From Mesobacterium pallidum (GTDB taxonomy: Bacteria > Pseudomonadota > Alphaproteobacteria > Rhodobacterales > Rhodobacteraceae): DNA of 64,000 nt. Positions 1-9,283 of the stretch are shown one piece after another. Position 1 is the first letter of the stretch; every line of letters begins with the position of its first letter. The position numbers and the translations under genes were made by a program. Location of the stretch: assembly GCF_019966535.1 (NCBI RefSeq), contig NZ_JAIMID010000014.1:1-64000 (forward strand), in the 5' to 3' direction. Below the pieces are notes generated by a model. The model saw only the letters and a list, made by a program, of their open reading frames with translations. It was not told the DNA's origin and did no database searches.

Positions 1-72
1 CTTCGCCCCGATCTCCTGGATCGGACGCTTCACCGCCTCACGCGCAATCTCGATGTCAGACTTAATGCTCAT
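1..72 (-). CDS. fhs: formate--tetrahydrofolate ligase, 5' end only (gene continues beyond window start)
   Basis: Minus-strand ATG at 70-72 translates MSIKSDIEIAREAVKRPIQEIGAK, matching the conserved Fhs N-terminus (SDIEIAxxA..PI). Only 24 codons are visible. Confidence 0.45.
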   Translation of the reverse strand, partial: MSIKSDIEIAREAVKRPIQEIGAK

Positions 73-362
73 GGTCTTTACTTCCTGTCCCTCAGGTCCC
101 GCGACTGCCGCGGGCGCTGGCCCGGTTGTGGCACGGCGCCGCCCTGGCGCGGGGGCGGGTATCCGACCTCTCCCGGCGGTCCGCGACATGGGCCGCGGCA
201 CCGGACGACGGCCGCGAGGGACCCCCATTCCGACATTTCCTGTTGTTAAACTTGTTTTCTCATTAGTCAACTCCCCAAACGCCTGCCCCGTCACGCTTGA
301 AGCGCAGGGGCGGGTGTAGGATAACCGTGCGGAACGAACTCAAGCTGCAGGATATCCCCCCG

Positions 363-1082
363 ATGAACAGGAGTGCCAAGGCCGAATTCCCGCTTGGACA
401 GGCCATCGGGGAGACCGTGCGCATCGTCGTGGACACGCTGATCGCCCGGGTCCAGTCCGGCGACTACCCCACCGAATCGCGCCTGCCCAGCGAACGGGCG
501 CTGGCGGCCGAGCTGGGCGTGTCGCGCAACACCGTGCGCGAAGCGCTGGACGTGCTGGAGCAACGCGAGATGATTCGCCGTCGCCAGGGCAGCGGCAGTT
601 TCGTCACCTACCAGTCCGACGCGCCCGAGGCGCCGGTGCCGGGGTCCATCGGCGAGCGGACCAGCCCGCTTGACCACCTGATCGTGCGCTCGATCGTCGA
701 GCCCGAGATGATCCGCCTTGCGGTCATGAACATGACCCCGCGCGAGCTCGAGGACCTGGCCCGCATCGTCGCACGGATCGAGGCGGTGCGCACCGACGTG
801 ACCGAATTCACGCGGTCCGAAGAGGATTTCTACCGCGCCATCGCCCATGCCACGCGCAACCCGCTGCTGGCTGCCTGCTACGAGCTGACGATCGAGGTCT
901 GCCGGCAGAGCTTTCGCACCGCGCTGATGCGCAAGCATCTGACGCCGGTGCGGATCCAGGATTACCAGACGCGGTTCAACTCGCTGTTCAACGCCATCGC
1001 CACGCGGGATGTCGAGGCGGCGGTCGAGATCACCAAGCTGCACCTGGTCGAGGAACAGAAGCTGTTCCTGCAACCGGACTGA
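363..1082 (+). CDS. GntR-family (FadR/FCD subfamily) transcriptional regulator
   Basis: ORF 297..1082 contains an N-terminal wHTH (ESRLPSERALAAELGVSRNTVREAL) and a C-terminal FCD-like domain. The ATG at 363 (MNRSAKAEF) is the most plausible start; the track start at 297 is a TTG. Confidence 0.8.
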   Translation: MNRSAKAEFPLGQAIGETVRIVVDTLIARVQSGDYPTESRLPSERALAAELGVSRNTVREALDVLEQREMIRRRQGSGSFVTYQSDAPEAPVPGSIGERTSPLDHLIVRSIVEPEMIRLAVMNMTPRELEDLARIVARIEAVRTDVTEFTRSEEDFYRAIAHATRNPLLAACYELTIEVCRQSFRTALMRKHLTPVRIQDYQTRFNSLFNAIATRDVEAAVEITKLHLVEEQKLFLQPD

Positions 1083-1089
1083 CGGGCGT

Positions 1090-2334
1090 TCAGGGCGCCT
1101 CGTCCACCAGGTCGCGCGCGGTCAGACCCATCGGCCCCGCCCCCTTGGCCAGCCGCTGCTGCCACAGCTGGCCAACGGCCTCCATGTGATCGCGCAAGAG
1201 CGCCTCGTGCCGGTCCAGCCAATCGGGGACCGAGCCGAATTCGACGATCCGCGCCCGGCCTTCCTGCAGGGTCACCACCGGCCAGTCGCCGACCAGCGCA
1301 TTGTCGATGCCGAAGATCGATTCGCCCCACCAGCGGGCCGGGCCGAAGGCGTGGGTGACCGAGTCCAGCTGCTTCATCGTCGCCAGCACCGACACCGGGT
1401 TGACCGAGGCGACCTTTTCGACCGCCGCGTGCCAGATGTCGAGGATGGCGACATATTCCCAGCTCACCGCGCTCCAGCTGCCGGGGTAGCGGGCGTTGTA
1501 TTCCTTGAAGAAGGTGCTGGGCCGGTTGAAGAAGAACGCCTTGCGCGCCAGCTTGGGGTCGTCGAAGTCGGGAAACTGGAAGATCGTGCCCTCCATGAAT
1601 CCCTGTGACGTGCGGTCGACCAGCCGCTGGTAATTGTCGAGCGTGCAGGACAGGATCTGGCCCTCGAAGCCCTTGTCATGGGCATATTCGGTCATCGCGT
1701 GGACCATTGGCGTGTAACTGGTACACCAGCACAGCACGTCCGGGTCCGCGTCCAGCATCGGCTGCACGATGGCCGCGACATCCGTGTGGTCGGGCGCATA
1801 TTGCACATCCTTGACCACCGGCAGGCCGGCCGCCTGGAACGCCGCGCGGTAGGTGGCGATCGACGGCAGGCCCAACGCATCCTTCTGGCTGCACAGCGCC
1901 ACGCGCCGCGCCTGTGGCTGGGTGCGGGCCAGCCAGTCGACCCCGGTCACGTTGTAGATCGGGTGCACCTCGGAGGGCGCGATCAGGTAGCGGGTGTCGG
2001 GCGACAGGTCGCTGGGCAGCAGGGTCGAGGTCAGCACCTTGTGCTCGTTCAGGAAGGCGCGCAGCGGTGTGAAGGTGTCTCCGCCCAGCATCATCAACAG
2101 CTTGACCTGTTCGGTCAGCACGAGGTGACGGGCGCCCTCGAGCGCGCGGTCCGGGTCATAGCCGCAGTCGAAGGGGATGATCCGCACCGGGTAGCGCCGC
2201 CCGCCGATCATCAGCCCGCCGGCGCGGTTCAGCCAATCTTCCCACAGCCGCGCCCCGTTGAGACCGGGCAGCCCCCAGGAACTGACAGGCCCCGTCAGAG
2301 GCGCAAGAAAGCCGATCTTGATCGGGTCGGTCAT
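1090..2334 (-). CDS. Periplasmic-binding-protein type 1 (Leu/Ile/Val/amide/urea-binding family) protein; no obvious signal peptide
   Basis: The translation has Liv/AmiC-type PBP1 architecture (IKIGFLAPLTGP.. through the C-terminus). The start is taken at MTDPIKIG (2334). An alternative start at 2400 (MHSSS..) is possible. Neither gives a classical signal peptide. Confidence 0.7.
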   Translation of the reverse strand: MTDPIKIGFLAPLTGPVSSWGLPGLNGARLWEDWLNRAGGLMIGGRRYPVRIIPFDCGYDPDRALEGARHLVLTEQVKLLMMLGGDTFTPLRAFLNEHKVLTSTLLPSDLSPDTRYLIAPSEVHPIYNVTGVDWLARTQPQARRVALCSQKDALGLPSIATYRAAFQAAGLPVVKDVQYAPDHTDVAAIVQPMLDADPDVLCWCTSYTPMVHAMTEYAHDKGFEGQILSCTLDNYQRLVDRTSQGFMEGTIFQFPDFDDPKLARKAFFFNRPSTFFKEYNARYPGSWSAVSWEYVAILDIWHAAVEKVASVNPVSVLATMKQLDSVTHAFGPARWWGESIFGIDNALVGDWPVVTLQEGRARIVEFGSVPDWLDRHEALLRDHMEAVGQLWQQRLAKGAGPMGLTARDLVDEAP

Positions 2335-2513
2335 CCCGACACGGGTCTTGGGAAATAGCGACGTGAGCGCGAGACGATGCGCGAAACTGGAAGAGTGCAT
2401 ACCAATTCCTACCACTGGTCCGCTGAAAGGAAAAGCAGACACGACTTCATCTTAGGGCAAAAGATATTTCTGTGGTGAAAAATCGTTGACAGACAGGACC
2501 AGTGCCGCGAATT

Positions 2514-2544
2514 TTGGTTCAGACCAAAAGAACCAATTGAACCA
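2514..2544. promoter_or_regulatory. Operator-like motif TTGGTTCAGACCAA + GAACCAATTGAACCA in the divergent PBP1/tmm promoter region
   Basis: Located 23 nt upstream of the tmm ATG, just downstream of a TTGACA -35-like hexamer at 2486-2491. The region has lower GC than the flanks. Confidence 0.45.
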
Positions 2545-2566
2545 TCCTCGAACAAGGGAGTCGGAC

Positions 2567-3916
2567 ATGACCAAGAAACGCGTGGCGATCATCGGCGCGG
2601 GCCCATCGGGCCTTGCACAACTGCGGGCCTTCCAGTCGGCGCAGGCCAAGGGTGAAGAGATCCCCGAGATCGTCTGCTTTGAAAAGCAGGACAACTGGGG
2701 GGGCCTTTGGAACTACACCTGGCGCACCGGCCTCGACGAGAACGGCGAGCCGGTTCATTGCTCGATGTACCGCTACCTGTGGTCGAACGGACCCAAGGAA
2801 GGGCTGGAGTTCGCCGATTATTCCTTCGAGGAGCATTTCGGCAAACAAATCGCCTCTTATCCGCCGCGCGCCGTGCTCTTCGACTACATCGAGGGTCGGG
2901 TGCTGAAGGCGAACGTGCGCGACTGGATCCGCTTCAGCACCGCCGTGCGCTGGATCGACTACGATGCCGCGACCGCCAAGTTCACCGTGACCGTGCATGA
3001 TCACGTCAAGGACAGCGTCTATGCCGAGGACTTCGACAACGTGATCGTCGCCTCGGGCCACTTCTCGACCCCGAACGTGCCCTATTACGAGGGCTTCGAA
3101 TCGTTCAACGGCCGGCTCGTCCATGCCCATGACTTCCGCGACGCGCGGGAATTCGCGGGCAAGGACATCCTGGTCGTGGGCTCGTCCTACTCGGCCGAAG
3201 ACATCGGCTCGCAATGCTGGAAGTACGGCGCCAAGACCGTCACCTCCTGCTACCGCTCGGCCCCCATGGGCTTCAACTGGCCCGACAACTGGGAAGAGAA
3301 GCCCGCGATGGAGAAGGTGTCGGGCAACACCGTCCATTTCTCGGACGGCACCACCAAGGAGGTCGACGCGATCATCCTCTGCACCGGTTACAAGCATTTC
3401 TTCAACTTCCTGCCGGACGATCTGCGGCTGAAGACGGCCAACCGGCTGGCGACGGCGGACCTGTATAAAGGCGTCGTCTACGCCTACAACCCGGCGCTGT
3501 TTTACCTTGGCATGCAGGACCAGTGGTTCACCTTCAACATGTTCGACGCGCAGGCCTGGTGGGTCCGCGACGCGATCCTCGGCAAGATCGACATCTCGGG
3601 CGTCACGACCGAAGAGATGCTGGCCGACGTCAAGGAACGCGAGACCCGCGAAGAGGCGGATGACGACACCAAGTACGCGATCAAGTACCAGGCCGATTAC
3701 GTGAAGGAACTGGTGGCCGAGACCGACTATCCCAGCTTCGACATCGACGGCGCCTGCGAGGCCTTCTTTGAATGGAAGAAGCACAAGGCCAAGGATATCA
3801 TGGGGTTCCGCAACAACCGCTACAAGTCGGTGATCACGGGCACCATGGCGCCGGTCCACCACACGCCCTGGAAGGATGCGCTGGACGACAGCATGAACGC
3901 ATACCTTCAGAACTGA
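2567..3916 (+). CDS. tmm: Trimethylamine monooxygenase (bacterial flavin-containing monooxygenase)
   Basis: N-terminal GAGPSG FAD motif, FMO signature FxGxxxHxxxY/F-like region and NADPH-binding GSSYS motif, ~450 aa, typical of marine Roseobacter Tmm. GGGAG Shine-Dalgarno sequence upstream of ATG 2567. Confidence 0.85.
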   Translation: MTKKRVAIIGAGPSGLAQLRAFQSAQAKGEEIPEIVCFEKQDNWGGLWNYTWRTGLDENGEPVHCSMYRYLWSNGPKEGLEFADYSFEEHFGKQIASYPPRAVLFDYIEGRVLKANVRDWIRFSTAVRWIDYDAATAKFTVTVHDHVKDSVYAEDFDNVIVASGHFSTPNVPYYEGFESFNGRLVHAHDFRDAREFAGKDILVVGSSYSAEDIGSQCWKYGAKTVTSCYRSAPMGFNWPDNWEEKPAMEKVSGNTVHFSDGTTKEVDAIILCTGYKHFFNFLPDDLRLKTANRLATADLYKGVVYAYNPALFYLGMQDQWFTFNMFDAQAWWVRDAILGKIDISGVTTEEMLADVKERETREEADDDTKYAIKYQADYVKELVAETDYPSFDIDGACEAFFEWKKHKAKDIMGFRNNRYKSVITGTMAPVHHTPWKDALDDSMNAYLQN

Positions 3917-4267
3917 GGCTCCCGCCCTGCGGGGCGCGGCCTTGACATGGATGCTCCCGCGGCACGCAAGTGCCGCGGGATTTTTCTTGCGTCCGGATGG
4001 CGGGGCTTTGCCGCCTGCTGATCGGGCCCTTGCAGGCCCGCCTTGCGTCATCCTTGCCCGGGACAGCCTAGTGCGGGCCAAGACAAAGGGGGCGAGGCAG
4101 TCGGACCAAGCCCCGCAAAAGCTGCGCCACATGGCCGGGAGAACCGGCAGCACATCTGCCGCGCGAAAGCCGACATCCCAAGGAAAAACGCGCGGATGAG
4201 GCCATCCGCGCGTTTCCGTGCTTGCGAAGGGGGGGGGGGGCGAGGCCGCAGCCCCAACCGCCAAAGA

Positions 4268-4444
4268 TCAGGACTTGCGCTTGGTCGCCTTGTAGGCGTG
4301 GTCCTCGTGGCGCCAGCCGAACACGATGGCGACGATCACCATGGCGAGGACAAGCAGCAGCCACAGGCCTTCGACCGAGCCGTAGCCGGCGTAGATGGGG
4401 CCCGAGATCCCGTCCCAGGTGGTGCTGTCGAAAGGAGCTTCCAT
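4268..4444 (-). CDS. Small single-pass membrane protein (58 aa) immediately downstream of amt
   Basis: MEAPFDSTTWDGISGPIYAGYGSVEGLWLLLVLAMVIVAIVFGWRHEDHAYKATKRKS. AAGGAA RBS 8 nt upstream, 26-nt gap after the amt stop, hydrophobic helix plus basic C-terminus. Confidence 0.45.
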   Translation of the reverse strand: MEAPFDSTTWDGISGPIYAGYGSVEGLWLLLVLAMVIVAIVFGWRHEDHAYKATKRKS

Positions 4445-4470
4445 GTCGATTTCCTTTTCCGCTTGAGGGG

Positions 4471-5850
4471 TTATTCGGCCGGGCTGACCGAGGGATGCAG
4501 GGCTTCGGGATAGGCCGATGCGGGCACCTTGACCGCGTCGAGCCCGAGGATCTCGGCCTCGGCCGGAACACGCAGCTGGCCGGTGACCTTGAGGATGTAG
4601 GACACGACGTAGCCGGGCACGAAGCCCATCAGGCCCATCACCACCGCACCGACTAGCTGACCGGTGAACGACGTGACGATCACGTCCTCGCCGAAGAGCG
4701 CCGGGTAGCCCTGCGCGGCGATGCCCACCGCCATCACGCCCCAAAGGCCGAGGAAGCCGTGCACCGCGAAGGCGCCCACGGCATCGTCGATCCCGCGCCG
4801 CTCGATATACGAGGCGACGAAGGGCATGGCGCTGGCGCCGATGAAGCCGATGGCAAAGGCCATGGGCGGGTACCACAGGTCGAGACCGGCGGCGCAGGAG
4901 ATGATGCCGCCCAGCGCGCCGGACATCATCCAGAACGGGTCACGGGTGATCATCCAGGCGCCGATGATGCCGCCGGCAAAGCCCATCAGCACGTTGAAGG
5001 TCATGCCCGAGATGGTCATGGGCGTGCCGTAGATGGTCGCCTCGATCGAGCTGCCCCAGGACCAGGCCTCGCCCGGAACGATGACGCAGCCCATGAGGAA
5101 GCCCCAGAAGCCGGCGATGATCAGCATGAGGCCGATCAGCGTCATGGGCATCGAGTGGCCGGCGATGTGGTTGGCGGTGCCGTCGGCGTTGAACTTGCCG
5201 ACCCGCGCACCGAGGTTGATCAGCACGCCAAGGGTGAAGAAGCCTGCGACCATGTGCACGACACCGGCGGCGCCGAAGTCATGGTAGCCGAACTTCGTCA
5301 CCAGCCAGCCGTCGGCGTGCCAGCCCCAGGCGGCCGCCATGATCCAGACGAAGGCGCCCAGCACGATGGCCAGCACGACGAAGCCCGTCAGCTTGATGCG
5401 CTCGATCACCCCGCCCGACATGATCGAGGCGGTGGTGGCGGCAAAGAGCACGAAGGCCCCCCAGAACACGCCTGACGAGCGATCGTCGAGGTTCGGGCCC
5501 ATGTAGGGACTCCAGGGCAGCGCGATCTCGTTGGCATAGGCCAGGCCCGAGATGCCCATGGCACCTTCGCTGAGGGTCAGTCCCGTCGGGAAGGCCCAGT
5601 AGATCCACCAGCCGATGAAGTAGAAGAAGGGCACGATCATCGCGAAGGCGAGGATGTTCTTGATGCCCGAGGCGAGCGCGTTCTTTGAGCGCGAGGCGCC
5701 CATTTCATAGGCGAGGAACCCGACATGGATCAGCACCATGATCGGGATCGTCAGGTAATAGAAGGTTTCGGCGAAGGTGCCGTTCGTGGCGGCGACCCCG
5801 GCCTGCAGCTCTGCCACGGCGGCAGCCAAGGCTGTCAGATCTTGTTCCAA
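4471..5850 (-). CDS. amt: Ammonium/methylammonium transporter (Amt family), no adjacent glnK
   Basis: 11-TM Amt/MEP/Rh signature throughout (e.g. ..AGGIIGAWMITRDPFWMMSGALGGIISCAAGLD..). The start is placed at the TTG at 5850, preceded by a GGGAGA SD. The ATG at 5934 would give an atypical N-terminal extension and would place the shared operator motif inside the CDS. Confidence 0.8.
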   Translation of the reverse strand: MEQDLTALAAAVAELQAGVAATNGTFAETFYYLTIPIMVLIHVGFLAYEMGASRSKNALASGIKNILAFAMIVPFFYFIGWWIYWAFPTGLTLSEGAMGISGLAYANEIALPWSPYMGPNLDDRSSGVFWGAFVLFAATTASIMSGGVIERIKLTGFVVLAIVLGAFVWIMAAAWGWHADGWLVTKFGYHDFGAAGVVHMVAGFFTLGVLINLGARVGKFNADGTANHIAGHSMPMTLIGLMLIIAGFWGFLMGCVIVPGEAWSWGSSIEATIYGTPMTISGMTFNVLMGFAGGIIGAWMITRDPFWMMSGALGGIISCAAGLDLWYPPMAFAIGFIGASAMPFVASYIERRGIDDAVGAFAVHGFLGLWGVMAVGIAAQGYPALFGEDVIVTSFTGQLVGAVVMGLMGFVPGYVVSYILKVTGQLRVPAEAEILGLDAVKVPASAYPEALHPSVSPAE

Positions 5851-5902
5851 GTTGGTCTCCCTGTCCTGAGATGTCGAAACATGCGACCCGGCCGGCGGCC
5901 CA

Positions 5903-5925
5903 TTGGTTCGGACCAATTCAACCAA
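5903..5925. promoter_or_regulatory. Operator-like motif TTGGTTCGGACCAA + CCAATTCAACCAA upstream of amt
   Basis: Near-identical to the motif at 2514-2544 upstream of tmm. Imperfect palindrome fitting the GntR-type T.GT-N-AC.A pattern. Confidence 0.45.
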
Positions 5926-6177
5926 CTGGATCACAGATGCCTATATCTCAGCGCGCAGGATCACTTTCAGTCAATGGTTTTTCTTGTTGGGAAAATTCTT
6001 TTCCGCCCGCCCGCGGTGTTTTCTTGTGCAAGCGGGCAATATGGCCGAAGTTTTGGGCGCCCCGAACCAGAGACAGGACCAAATGGACCACTTGCCCAAG
6101 AATCACCCTGCACCGCCGGGGTCGCCACACCGCCGAACGCAATTCGGGCCGCGCGCGCATGGCACGCCAGCCCCTGC

Positions 6178-6242
6178 CTTTCACTTTTCCGAAAATACTC
6201 CGGGGGAGTCCGCCCAGCGGGCGGACGGGGGCAGCGCCCCCC
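6178..6242 (+). repeat. Dispersed intergenic repeat, partial copy (right half: CTTTCACTTTTCCGAAAATACTCCGGGGGAGTCCGCC..GGGGGCAGCGCCCCCC)
   Basis: Matches the right module of copies at 27743, 56504 and 61071, including the terminal GGGGCAGCGCCCC hairpin. Confidence 0.6.
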
Positions 6243-6290
6243 TCCCCCTCCACCTGTTCCGGCACGGCCCGTGTCCGGGCACGCGCAGGA

Positions 6291-7388
6291 TCAGGTGTTG
6301 AAGAGGAAGTGCATGACGTCGCCGTCCTGCACGATGTAGCTCTTGCCTTCCGACCGCATCTTGCCGGCTTCCTTGGCGCCCTGTTCGCCGTTCAGCGCGA
6401 TGTAATCGGCATAGGCGATGGTCTCGGCCCGGATGAAGCCCTTTTCGAAATCGCCGTGGATCACGCCCGCGGCCTTGGGCGCCGAGGTGCCGACGCGGAT
6501 CGTCCAGGCGCGCGCCTCCTTGGGGCCGACGGTGAAATAGGTCTCGAGGTGCAGCAGGTCGTAGCCCGCGCGGATCAGCCGGTCGAGGCCGGCCTCTTCC
6601 AGCCCCATCTCCGACAGGAACATCTCGGCCTCCTCGGCGTCGAGCTGGCTGATCTCTTCCTCGATCTGGGCCGAGATGATGACCGTGCCGGCCCCCTGCT
6701 CGGCCGCCATCTTGGCCACGGCATCGGAATGGGCATTGCCCTCGGCCGCGTTGGCCTCTTCGACGTTGCAGACAAAGAGCACGGGCTTGGAGGTCAGCAG
6801 TTGCAGGTTCTTCCAGGTGCGCCGCTCATCCTCGGACACCTCGACGGTCCGCGCGGGCTGGCCGGCCTCGAGCGCGGTCATGGCGCGCTTCAGCAGCGCC
6901 TCCTGCTCGACCGCCTCCTTGTCGCCGCCGCGCACCTTGCGCACGATGTTCTGCAGGCGCTTCTCGATGCTCTCCATGTCGGCCAGCATCAGCTCGGTCT
7001 CGATGGTCTCGGCATCGGCGACCGGGTCCACGCGGCCCTCGACATGGGTCACGTCGCCGTCTTCGAAGCAGCGCAGCACGTGGGCGATGGCGTCCACCTC
7101 GCGGATGTTGGCCAGGAACTGGTTGCCAAGCCCCTCGCCCTTGCTCGCGCCTTTCACCAGCCCCGCGATGTCCACGAAGGTCATGCGCGCCGGGATGATC
7201 TGTTTCGAGCCCGCGATCGCCGCCAGCTTGTCCAGCCGTGCATCGGGTACGGCCACGTCGCCGACGTTCGGCTCGATGGTGCAGAACGGAAAGTTCGCGG
7301 CCTGGGCCGCTGCGGTGCGCGTCAGCGCGTTGAAAAGGGTCGACTTGCCCACGTTGGGCAGGCCCACGATCCCCATGCGAAAGCCCAT
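6291..7388 (-). CDS. ychF: Redox-regulated ATPase YchF (Obg-like GTPase family)
   Basis: GIVGLPNVGKSTLFNALT P-loop, TGS-like C-terminus, 365 aa. Confidence 0.9.
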   Translation of the reverse strand: MGFRMGIVGLPNVGKSTLFNALTRTAAAQAANFPFCTIEPNVGDVAVPDARLDKLAAIAGSKQIIPARMTFVDIAGLVKGASKGEGLGNQFLANIREVDAIAHVLRCFEDGDVTHVEGRVDPVADAETIETELMLADMESIEKRLQNIVRKVRGGDKEAVEQEALLKRAMTALEAGQPARTVEVSEDERRTWKNLQLLTSKPVLFVCNVEEANAAEGNAHSDAVAKMAAEQGAGTVIISAQIEEEISQLDAEEAEMFLSEMGLEEAGLDRLIRAGYDLLHLETYFTVGPKEARAWTIRVGTSAPKAAGVIHGDFEKGFIRAETIAYADYIALNGEQGAKEAGKMRSEGKSYIVQDGDVMHFLFNT

Positions 7389-7493
7389 CTGCACTCTCCA
7401 TTGTCCGAAATCGGGCCGTGTCTATGCGCAAGGGCGCTTTGCCGCAAGCCGTCCCGTGCTAGGCTTCGCGAGCAACCGGCACGGAGGAGCGCG

Positions 7494-7907
7494 ATGCAAC
7501 CGATTCCCTACCTGTTCTTCAACGGCCAATGCGGCGCGGCCTTCGCGGCCTATGGCGCGCTCTTCGGTACGGCGCCCGAGATCATGCCGTTTTCCGCCAT
7601 GCCGCCCGACGCGCAGGCCGCCATGCCGGGCGTTCCGGCCGATGCGGTGATGCATGCGGCGGTCAAGGTGGGCGACGGCTGGATCTACGGCTCGGACGAT
7701 TTCGCCGGGAACAGCCCGGCGATGGCCGGCTGCAACGTCGCCGTCGCCCTGCCGGACGCGGCCGAGACGCGCCGCGTCTGGGACGCGCTGGCCGAGGGTG
7801 CCGAGGTGCGGATGCCGCTTGGCCCCGAGTTCTTTGCCCCGCTCTACGGCGCGCTAACCGACCGCTTCGGCGTGCGCTGGATGATCATGCAGGAGGGCGC
7901 GGCATGA
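7494..7907 (+). CDS. VOC/glyoxalase-like (PhnB-type) family protein
   Basis: MQPIPYLFFNGQCGAAF...VRWMIMQEG, typical PhnB-like 137-aa protein. Confidence 0.7.
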   Translation: MQPIPYLFFNGQCGAAFAAYGALFGTAPEIMPFSAMPPDAQAAMPGVPADAVMHAAVKVGDGWIYGSDDFAGNSPAMAGCNVAVALPDAAETRRVWDALAEGAEVRMPLGPEFFAPLYGALTDRFGVRWMIMQEGAA

Positions 7908-8311
7908 TCCTGCCCTATATCCATTTCCAGGGCCAATGCCGCGCGGCGCTGACCTTCTACGCCGAAGTCCTGGGTGGCACGCCCGAGATGATGTCCTATG
8001 CCCAGATGCCGGACGCGCCCGAGGCCTTTGCCAATTCGACCCGCATCCTGCACGGCCAGTTGGCGACCGATGGGCATGGCACGCTCATGGCCTCGGACTT
8101 CCCCGAGGGGTTCGAGGGCGATCCGCAAAAGGCAGTGTCGATCACGATCACCACCGAAACGGCCGACGAGGCGCGCCGCCTCTACGATGCCTTCGCCGAT
8201 GGCGGAGACCCGATCCAGCCCTTCGCGGCGACGTTCTTTTCGCCCGGCTTCGGCATGATCCGCGACCGGTTCGGCACGCACTGGATGGTCATGGCGGGCG
8301 GCGCGACCTGA
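7904..8311 (+). CDS. VOC/glyoxalase-like (PhnB-type) family protein, tandem paralog
   Basis: [19 protein letters not shown]...THWMVMAGG. Its start overlaps the upstream stop (ATGA), implying translational coupling with the paralog. Confidence 0.7.
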   Translation: MILPYIHFQGQCRAALTFYAEVLGGTPEMMSYAQMPDAPEAFANSTRILHGQLATDGHGTLMASDFPEGFEGDPQKAVSITITTETADEARRLYDAFADGGDPIQPFAATFFSPGFGMIRDRFGTHWMVMAGGAT

Positions 8312-8417
8312 GCGCCGCGGCGGGCGGCTTTCAAGGGGCGCCCGCCGCAATCCCCATTGCCTTCGCCCCGGCTTTCCGCCAAACCCGGTCGCGCAATCCG
8401 ACCGAGGGAGACCGCCC

Positions 8418-9209
8418 ATGACCCGCATCGACGCCAAGTTCGAAGAGCTGAAGGCCGCCGGCAAGAAGGCCTTTGTCGCCTATGTCATGGCGGGCGATCC
8501 GGACGAGGCGACCTCGCTCGAGCTGATCAAGGGTCTGCCGGGCGCGGGCGTGGACATCATCGAGCTGGGCGTGCCCTTCACCGACCCGATGGCCGACGGC
8601 CCGACGATCCAGCTGGCCGGGCAGCGCGCGTTGGAAGCGGGGATGACCCTGCAAAAGACGCTGGACATGGCGAAGGCGTTCCGCGAGACCGACGACACCA
8701 CGCCGATCGTGCTGATGGGCTATTACAACCCGATCTACAGCCGGGGCGTGGACAAGTTCCTGGTGGACGCGAAAGAGGCCGGGATCGACGGGCTGATCGT
8801 CGTCGACCTGCCCCCCGAAGAGGACGAGGAGCTGTGCCTGCCCGCCCAGGCGGCCGGTCTGAACTTCATCCGCCTCGCGACGCCCACGACCGATGACAAG
8901 CGCCTGCCGAAAGTGCTGACCAACACCAGCGGTTTCGTCTACTACGTGTCGATCACCGGGATCACCGGCGCCGCCGCCGCGCAGGCCACCGACGTGGGGC
9001 CGGAAGTGGCGCGGATCAAGGCCAAGACCGACCTGCCGGTCATCGTCGGCTTTGGCATCCGCACGCCCGAGGCCGCCCGCGACATCGCCGCCGTGGCCGA
9101 TGGCGCCGTGGTCGGCACGGCCATCGTCGGGCAGGTGGCCGAGGGCAAGCCGGTGGCCGAGATCCTAGAGTTCGTCTCGGGCCTTGCCGCGGGCGCGCAC
9201 AGCGCCTGA
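8418..9209 (+). CDS. trpA: Tryptophan synthase alpha chain
   Basis: Full-length TrpA homolog (..[22 protein letters not shown].. [10 protein letters not shown]..). Confidence 0.92.
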   Translation: MTRIDAKFEELKAAGKKAFVAYVMAGDPDEATSLELIKGLPGAGVDIIELGVPFTDPMADGPTIQLAGQRALEAGMTLQKTLDMAKAFRETDDTTPIVLMGYYNPIYSRGVDKFLVDAKEAGIDGLIVVDLPPEEDEELCLPAQAAGLNFIRLATPTTDDKRLPKVLTNTSGFVYYVSITGITGAAAAQATDVGPEVARIKAKTDLPVIVGFGIRTPEAARDIAAVADGAVVGTAIVGQVAEGKPVAEILEFVSGLAAGAHSA

Positions 9210-9283
9210 TCCCCGACGGCGCCGATTGCAACTGCCGCGCGGCTTTGGCAATAAGATGCCAAAGCCAGCGGGGGAGAGCGACA

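Noticed and set aside
2519-4264. 581-aa minus-strand ORF antisense to tmm
   Set aside because: Arg/Ala/Gly-rich GC-frame artefact lying entirely opposite a well-supported tmm gene. Long antisense ORFs like this are expected at this GC content.
6120-6170. sigma-54-like TGGCACG-N-..CTGC element on the plus strand
   Set aside because: The -12 region does not match TTGC well and no plus-strand gene lies downstream. It sits inside a repeat-element copy.
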